Source: Octopus sinensis (lineage: Eukaryota). From it: a stretch of DNA of 64,000 nt. The notes below the pieces were generated by a model. That model was not told the DNA's origin and did no database searches. It saw only the letters and a list, made by a program, of their open reading frames with translations. Positions within the stretch are counted from its first letter, which is position 1, and each line of letters begins with the position of its first letter. The stretch lies in assembly GCF_006345805.1 (NCBI RefSeq), contig NC_043019.1:13763360-13827359 (forward strand), written 5' to 3'. Below, in pieces: positions 55,538 through 64,000 of the stretch. Both the position numbers and the translations under genes were made by a program.

Positions 55538-57173
55538 ATATATTTCAGCAAAAGTAAAGGATGGCATATGTACCAGACTTTAAAAATTCTGGGGTCGATT
55601 TCTTCGATATATACATCAAGGTGGTGTTCCAGCATAGCCATAGAACAGAGATTGACACGTGAAAGAATAAAATGATGTATCGTCTTTGCATGTGTGAAAT
55701 TCGTATCTGTTGCTATCACTCTGTGTCTTTATTGCTTTATTGCCAGTTGCTGCTGCCCTGTTAATTGTTTTGTCTATTTTCGCACTTTTTAAAAAGAATT
55801 TATCTACCACCGATGCAGTCAGGTTTAACTTTTACAAACGAACATTATGTTCAGTACAGTGTATTGCACTTATTCTAATTGGCCTTGTCAGGGAGTTCAA
55901 GTGCTCAAGAATGCAATAATATAAAAAAAAATAGTCACAAAGGGATCGCGTTTAACGTTAATTTTAAAGTTTTGCGAAAGCTTGACGCATGAGAAAATCT
56001 CAACCCTGTACTTTTTTACTCTTTTACTTATTTCAGTCATTTGACTGTGGCCATGCTGGAGCAACGCCTTTAGTCGAGCAAATCGACCCCAGGACTTATT
56101 CTTTGTATTGTGTGAACCTACCTAGGCGATGAAGTAGTCACTTTAGACGGAAGGGGGCCAAACTAATAATATACAATATGCGATAAGGAACATCTTCATT
56201 TTTGGCGAAAGGAATACTTGCTTTTCGTAATTCTTTGTAAGGAGAAAGCTTTCATGGCATAACTGCAAACACTTTTCTCTTGACATACCATCTTGACATT
56301 TTCGAAAACACCAATCTCTCTTCCATTTCGAATGATTAAAGTTAATTTTTATGAATGTAATTATCGATGAATTTTAACAAGTCGACAACACAACTTTCTT
56401 CTCTTTAAAGCAATTTTAATGATAAAATAATACAATATCATAAAAATACTTTTATATATCATATATATATATATATCATATATCATATATATATATATAT
56501 CATATATCATATATATATATATATATAAATATATCATATATATATATATATAAATATATCATATATCATATTATATATATATATATATCATATATATTTT
56601 ATACAATTCACAACTGAATAATGTCATATTCTGTGCATTTCCTCATAAACTGCTAATACATTATGTGAGAAATTATATATATTAATTAGCATGTTACGCC
56701 ATTCAATAATATTATGTATTCTATTAGCTTCTGATCAGGCTGTCGTTTCTCTGTGTTGTTTAATGACAGAAATTAATATGGATTTCTGTCATGAATTGTT
56801 TATGTAACAGCGTAACACAATTATATTTTGTTTAAATATTCGAGCGGCTTTTTATCATCTCATAAATCAAACAGAAATCTCTGTATTTGAAGGATCATAT
56901 CATGTGTTATGCTATAAATTACGTATCTCGTATTTTATAATCCTTTCTAATTTTAGCACAAGGCCGGCAATTTTTGAGGGGAGGGGTAAGTCGATTACAT
57001 CGATCCACAGTGCTCAGGAACCTCGAAGGGATGGAAGGTACGGTCGATCTTTGCGAAATTTGAACTCAGAACGTAAATACTCGGGATATGTGCTGCTAAG
57101 CGTTTTGCCAGACATGGTACCGACTGTGCCAGATCGTCGCCTTCGTTTCATCTTAAGTAATTCTTCTTAATCG

Positions 57174-57410
57174 TATTTCTTTACTACCCACAAGGGGCTA
57201 AACATAGAGAGGACAAACAAGGACAGACAAACGGATTAAGTAGATTATATCGACCCCAGTGCGCAAGTGGTACTTATTTAATCGACCCCGAAAGGATGAA
57301 AGGCAAAGTCGACCTCGGCGGAATTTGAACTCAGAACGTACTGAGTCGAAAGAAATGTCACTATGCAATTCTGTCCGCCACGGTTTCGATTCTGGCGGCT
57401 CGATGCCCTT
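57174..57410 (-). mobile_element. SINE-B with diverged head
   Basis: Tail and body are near-identical to the reverse complement of 32130-32314. Confidence 0.85.
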
Positions 57411-59454
57411 TATGCGTTATTAGGCGTGTCTAAGTGGTAAGAATTTTGCTTCGCAACTGCATGGTTCCGAGTTCAGATCCGCTACGTGGCATCTTGGGCA
57501 AGTCCGTCGAGGGTGATGCGTTGAGTTCTTGAGCAACACATTTCATTTCACGTTGCTCCAGTCCGTGCAGCTGTAAATGTGTTCCACGAGCAACAGCGGG
57601 GAAGCTCAACTTGCAATAGACCAGCATTCCTTTGAAGACGGCGTGTTGGAATCTCAGTCATTTACATGTTATGGAAACCGAGTGAAGTTCTGGTCTTATG
57701 AGGCCTAGAGGCTCATGAAAGACCTAAATTTAAGTCCAAGTCACTTTAATATCGTATGACTGTGGTTTCGATTCCTTGACCGGACAATGCGTCGGATTAT
57801 TGAGCAAAAACATAATTTCACGTTCAGGTAGTCCACGCAGCAGCAATTGAATTTCAGCTTAACCGGATCCTGTAAAGGATCTTCGTCCCGTTCAAGGACA
57901 GCGAGCGTTGTAATCTATCATGAACACCAGGCATATAAAAAAAGTGGCCCTCGAGCCGCATGCAGTCATTTTCCAACTCTAGTGCGACCCATGAGTAGCG
58001 TAGCTAGAGATTTAAAAATGGGGTGCTCGAAAATTTTTTAATAATAAAAATAATTAATAATAACGGCTGTGTGGTAAGTAGCTTGCTTACCAACCACATG
58101 TTCTGGGTTCAGTCCCACTGCGTGGTACCAAGGGCTGACCAAATCCTTGTGAGTGGATTTATTAGACGGAAACTGAAAGAAGCCAGTCGGATATATGTAT
58201 ATATATGTGTGTTTGTGTGTCTGTGTTTGTCCTCCTAACAACGCTTGACAACTGATTCTGGTGTGTTTACGTCTCGGTAACTTAGCGGTTCGGCAAAAAG
58301 AGACCGATGGAATAAGTAGAAGGCTTACAAAGAATAAGTTCTGGGGTCGATTTGCTCGAAGCGGTGCTCCAGTATGGCCGCAGTCAAATGACAGAAACAA
58401 GTAAAAGAGTAAAAGAGAGTAAAGAGCAGTTAAAATATAGAATGGCGCTAAACATCTTACCTGACGTGCGAACGACTCTGCCAACTCAACGCCTTATGGA
58501 TAAGCAAATATCAAGGTAACATATCTGCATGCGTCTCGTTTCTTCCCATCGATTTATGCCTAATGCGTTTGAAAGAAGACTTAGCTGCTACTTCACTCCA
58601 TCACCATTGTTATCCATCATTTATTCTCTTACAGGCAAATATAAATATAATAGAAAAACACTGTTGTATATTTGTCTTGCTTCTTATAACCAAGCTTCAT
58701 ACTCTCTGACCGGTTCTGTCTGGTTTCTTATACATACCAGGAAATAATTGAAATCCGCTGTCTGATAATCATTAGTTAATATCATATTTTTCTTGTGTAT
58801 TAGATTTTTAAATTATCATTTATATTATTTTTGTTATTAATATAACCTACACATTTTTGTGTTATTATATAAAATAGAATTGTTATATTAACTAGTATTT
58901 CTGTTGTTTTTTTTCCTAGCTCTCTCTCTCTCTCTCGTTTTGTTTTACACTCTAATTGATATTTGCTGTAGACACGTACATTAGACAAGCAAAGGAAAGC
59001 TTCGTAATCGTATAACCAATTATGTAGACTCGGAACTTTCCAATTTTACATCTGGTTTTTGGAAACTGATGTTTTTTTTAATAAATGACATATAATTCGA
59101 TCTCAGGTGGGACAGAGGTTAGTTGTTCTATTCTTTCTTTCTTTTTTTTTCTGTATTAATTCCAGGCATTGGTCTCGTCTCTTCTGTTGGTGATGCCGGG
59201 ACACCTGTCAATGGTTGTAATCAATCATATCGATCTCAGTTCTTATTTCTGTCCATCGATCAATATCTTATCGATCGAGTGACATAGTTACCTTTTGACT
59301 GACACCGCTGAAGTTTTCTTTCTTTTGGTACCAGAGTCAAATACACGCACGAAAGCACCCACGCACACACACACACACACACACACAGGTGGATAGACAG
59401 ATAAATTATGTGCGTGTGTGTGTGTATATATACACAGAGAGATAGAGAGAGAGT

Positions 59455-59758
59455 GGAGGCGCAATGGTCCAGTGGTTAGGGCAGCGGACTCGTGGTCGTA
59501 GAGTCGCGGTTTTGATTCCCAGACCAGGCGTTGAGTGTTTATTGAAAACACCCAAAAGTTCCTCGAGGCCACGGCAGGGGATGGAGGCGATCTATGCTGT
59601 ACCCTTTCGACACAACTTAAGCTCACCCTTTCTTCTGTTAGCCTGCTCGCTTAGCCAGCGGAGTGGTATCATTTGAAGGTTAAAACAATGCGAAGCGTAT
59701 TGTGACCACCGATGTGTAGCAACATCTGACAGCCTGGTCGGTCAAGTGATCACGTGAT
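59455..59758 (+). mobile_element. SINE family C (head 1 + tail Y)
   Basis: The head/body matches 6916. The tail ctgctcgcttagccagcggagtggtatcatttgaagg matches the 7684-7725 reverse complement. Confidence 0.8.
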
Positions 59759-60175
59759 ATATATAGGCGCTGGAGTAGCTGTGTGGTAAGTAGCATGCTT
59801 ACCAGCCACATTGGTTCCGGGTTCAGTCCCACTGCGTATTACTTTGGGCAAGTGTCTTCTAATATAGCCTCGGGCCGATCAAGGCCTAGTGAGTGGATCT
59901 GGTAGATGGAAACTGAAAGAAGCCCGCCGTATATATATATATATATATATGTGTGTTGTGTGTGTGTGTGTGTGCTAGTCTGTCTGTGTATGTCCTCCAC
60001 CATCGCTTGACAACCGATGTTGGTACATTTACGTCCCCGTAACTTAGCTATTCGGCAAACGGGTCCGATAGAATAAATGCTTAGCTTACAAAAAAATAAG
60101 TCCTAGGATCAATTTGTTCGACTAAAAGGTAGTGCTGCAGCATGGCCGCAGTCATATGACTAAGCGAAATAAACA

Positions 60176-60206
<31 letters not shown>

Positions 60207-60844
60207 TCCTTTTACTTTGTTTCAGTCGTAGGACTGCGACCATGCTGGCGAATTGCCTACAAAGGTGGGTAGTTATTCTATCGGTGTCATTTTGCCGAAG
60301 CGCTAGGTAAGGAGAGACAAACACAAAAACATTATCACACATATATACGAACGCATACACAACCATAAACCTATATTTTTATAAACGTATACATAGGCGC
60401 AGGAGTGGCTGTGTGGTAAGTAGCTTGCTAACCAACCACATGGTTCCGATCAATGCCTTGTGAGTGGATTTGGTAGACGGAAACTGAAAGAAGCCTGTCG
60501 CATATATGTGTACATATATATGTATGTATGTATGTGTGTATGTGTGTGTGTGTGTGTTTATCCCCCTAGCATTGCTTGACAACCGATGCTGGTGTGTTTA
60601 CGTCTCCCGTCACTTAGCGGTTCGGCAAAAAGGGACCGTTAGAATAAGTACTCGGCTCACAAAGAATAAGTCCCGGGGTTGATTTGCTCGACTAAAGACG
60701 GTGCTCCAGCATGGCCGCAGTCAAATGACTGAAGCAAGTAAAAGAGTAAAGAGTATGCATATATATATATATATATATATATATTCTTTTATTCTTTTAT
60801 TCTTTTATTCTTTTACTCGTCTGGATCCTTTGACTACGGTCATG

Positions 60845-61352
60845 GATTAGATCGATCCCAATACGCAACAGGTACTTAATTTATCAAACGCGAAAGGATG
60901 AAAAGCAAAGTCAACCTCGGCGGAATTTGGACTCAGAACATAAAGACAGACGAAACACCGCTAAGGATTTCGCCCGGCATGCTAACGTTTCTGCCGGGTC
61001 GCCACATTTCCAAATTTGCAGCAGAAAGGGGCCGAACCCGCCACTGCTTTCTTAAGCAAAGTCAACCTCGGCGGAATTTGGACTCAGAATATAAAGACAG
61101 ACGAAACACCGCTAAGGATTTCGCCCGGCATGCTAACGTTTCTGCCGGGTCGCCACATTTCCAAATTTGCAGCAGAAAGGGACCGAACCCGCCACTGCTT
61201 TCTTAAGCAAAGTCAACCTCGGCGGAATTTGGACTCAGAATATAAAGACAGACGAAACACCGCTAAGGATTTCGCCGGCGTGGTAACGTTTCTGCCAGCA
61301 CGCCGCCTTCCCGAATTTGCAGCAGAAAGGGACCGAACCCGCCACTGCTTTC
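60845..61352 (-). mobile_element. SINE-B 5' part amplified as three 151-bp tandem units including ~50 bp of flank
   Basis: aagcaaagtcaacctcggcgg at 60903, 61054 and 61205. Confidence 0.88.
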
Positions 61353-62297
61353 CTACAAAGCAAATTGAATCACCTTTAAAGCTATACTTGTTTTTCGATA
61401 AGAATCTTCTATTTTCCATGTGCTTCGCCAATGTTTCTAACGTCTGCAACCAGCACCATTAATGCAAACCCTTCCGTTCTGTTGAAAACGTGGGCAGTCC
61501 TCAAATGCTGACGTATCCTGAACTGCAGGTGTTTCCGACTTATCTCAAATGAATAAAAACACGCGAGTAAGAAGTTAACTGACGTGTTAAGATTAGCAGG
61601 TACTTGTTTTCGAAAAATGACATATGTTCAAATGAAAATCAGCCACTCTCTTGTTGTATGTGCATGCGTCAGCTTGTGTATGTGTCTGCGTGTGTGTGAA
61701 TGACGTGGCTTATTTGTTAGGGTATTTGATTCATGATTGCAACGTCGTGAGTTCTATTCGCGGTGTTGCGTTGTGTTTTTGAGAAAGACATTTTATTTCA
61801 TGTTTCTCCTGTCCTCTCTGCAGCTGGAAATAATGAGTTCTCCCTGTATTTAGAAGGGCCAGCTTTGTTACGTTCTGTGTCACACTGGATCTTTCTGAGA
61901 ACTACGTTAATGAGCACTCATGTCTATGAAATACTCAGCCACTTGTACGTTAATTCCAAGAGCTGGTTGCTTCGTTGATCGGATCAACTGGATCCCTCAT
62001 CGTCGTAACCGACGGAGTGCCAGTGTATGTGTATGTGTGTGTGTGCGTGTGTGTGTGTGTGTTGCGTGTGTATGTGTTTCCATGTGTGTGTGTGTGTCTG
62101 CGTTTTGTTTGGTGTATCTGACGGTGAACTGGGACGAAGAATAAAAGACAAACTTGTTATCTGTTCAAACATGCTTGGGGCCTTTCGAACCCGTAAGAAA
62201 GCCTTTCACTGTGTTGTCATGAAAAAAAATTCTCGCTATTGATCTCGTGGTGTAAATAGATCGAATCAGCTCGTAGCGTCACCTGATTATACTGTGG

Positions 62298-62337
62298 GAT
62301 GCATGCATTTCGGAGTAGCTATTCCCTCTTCAGCACC
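62298..62337 (-). ncRNA. Minimal hammerhead-like motif, canonical core but G at the cleavage position
   Basis: The minus strand reads GGTG-CTGAAGA-G-GGAATAGCTACTCC-GAA-ATGCAT-G-CATC. Confidence 0.55.
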
Positions 62338-62899
62338 AGAAATCAGACAAGGCGACGCTGCGAGCTGATGCGCGGACCACATCTCTCTTATGATATTTCC
62401 GTCACCATTCAATGACTGGTATCGCTACTCATTGGCTCATCGTAAATTTCCTATCGTTGCTTCAAACTTACTGCATTTCATGGTATATTTGACATACGTT
62501 TCTTTCCGAAAACCTATCTCAAAGAAACCAACCCGCTCTGGGTCCTATAAGCGGAATTGCTCCTCTCATAAGCGAGTTACATCCCAGAATCTCACCACCA
62601 TAGGCTAACTTTAAATAACCTAGAGACAGTCTTCTTTTACCAACATACAGTATTGGTTTTTGCTATGACTGAGGCATTTTTTGTAATGGTTTGTAACATC
62701 CTGTTAAATAGCTTTAAATATTACATGCTTTAATACAAAAAAGATCTCTTTGTATTCTTACTGAATATGCACATCTGAAATTAGGGTGCGTCAAACATGC
62801 CCGTGTGTTTTTCATGCTTTCACGTGCAGTATCTCTCCTTCAGGGATTGTACTTAGAACTATGCTCATGGACTATCGCATACGATATTTCTCTTTCTCT

Positions 62900-63138
62900 C
62901 TTTACTCTTTTACTCTTATACACTTTTCTCTTTCACTTGTTTCAGTCATTTGACTGTGGCCATGCTGGAGCACCGCCTTTAGTCGAAGAAATCGACCCCA
63001 GGACTTATTCCTTGTAAGCCCAGTACTTATTCTTTCGGTCTCTTTTGCCGAAATGCTAAGTTACGAGGGCGTAAGCACACCACCATCGGTTATCAAGCGA
63101 TGCTGGGGGGACAAACACAGACACAAACATATACATAT

Positions 63139-63183
<45 letters not shown>

Positions 63184-63350
63184 CGACGGGTTTCTTTCAG
63201 TTTCCGTCTACCAAATCCACTCACAAGGCTTTGGTCGGCCCGAGGCTATAGTAGAAGACACTTGCCCAAGGTGCCACGCAGTGGGACTGAACAACCCGGA
63301 ATCATGTGGTTCGTAAGCAAGCTACTTACCACACAGCCACTCCTACGCCT
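62900..63350 (-). mobile_element. SINE-A, full length
   Basis: Matches 589-1001 and 23223-23673. Confidence 0.92.
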
Positions 63351-64000
63351 CTCTTTCTCTCTCTTCCTCTCTCTGTCTCACTTTTCCATATGCACACTAT
63401 CGCAAACATATATGCACACACTAAATCGCCATTACAAACAGTTACATAAACATACATGTACACATACACACGCATACTCTCTCTCACACACACACTTATA
63501 CCCATATATAGAATATGGAAATTCGTAATGGCGAATTGTCAACGTTTTCAACTATAAAATGAAACTATACAGGGATTTTGAAGCATATAATATCTTTAAG
63601 TAAATAACGTAGGCATGCGATTAATCAATAGAAAGCATTAGAATTGACCATGATATAATATACATACATACACACACACATATGTATATGTATATATATG
63701 AATTTATGAATAATAATTACTATACACAATAAGGTCGAATCTCAGCGTCCCTGATGGCATGTTATCAATAAAGTTTATTGTTCCTATAAAGATATCAACA
63801 GATTTCTGGTTTAAAGTGACAACATATTACTGCGTGTGATATACAAAACTTAATGAATCATATGAGAATATGTTCATACAAGTCCAACCTCTCAGCTGAT
63901 CTTCACGGAGTTGACCCAAAGGAATATGCGCTTGGTTTTCTTATCTGAGTGACATTTCTGTCAAACATGCTTTACAGCGCTTCTAAAGATGCGAATTATT

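Overview
Eukaryotic, very AT-rich, repeat-saturated DNA, most likely octopus/cephalopod. This is judged from the SINE sequences and the (TA)n/(CA)n/(AAT)n load and was not database-checked. No host protein-coding exon could be supported, and nearly every ORF in the track is a microsatellite read-through. Real coding relics are all from transposons: a 5'-truncated CR1-like LINE (27.06-28.18 kb), an internally deleted mariner with both TIRs (34.50-35.07 kb), three RTE-like LINE fragments, and the 3' end of an R4/Dong-like element sitting in an (AAT)n tract. At least four tRNA-derived SINE families (my labels A, B, C, E) make up much of the rest. The most interesting signal is a dispersed set of minimal type-I hammerhead-ribozyme-like motifs of the Penelope-like-element type, at about 2.0, 9.2, 16.4/16.7, 35.3/35.4, 42.2, 50.3 and 62.3 kb. 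Several lie in long outward-facing palindromes and carry unusual core variants, including a compensatory G3:C8 swap. Other highlights are SINE-B multimers with the same internal junction at two loci, a SINE-A tail matching the CR1 3' UTR, SINE-C copies with swapped head and tail modules, and a three-level hierarchical satellite. All structures were derived by eye and none was folded or searched computationally.
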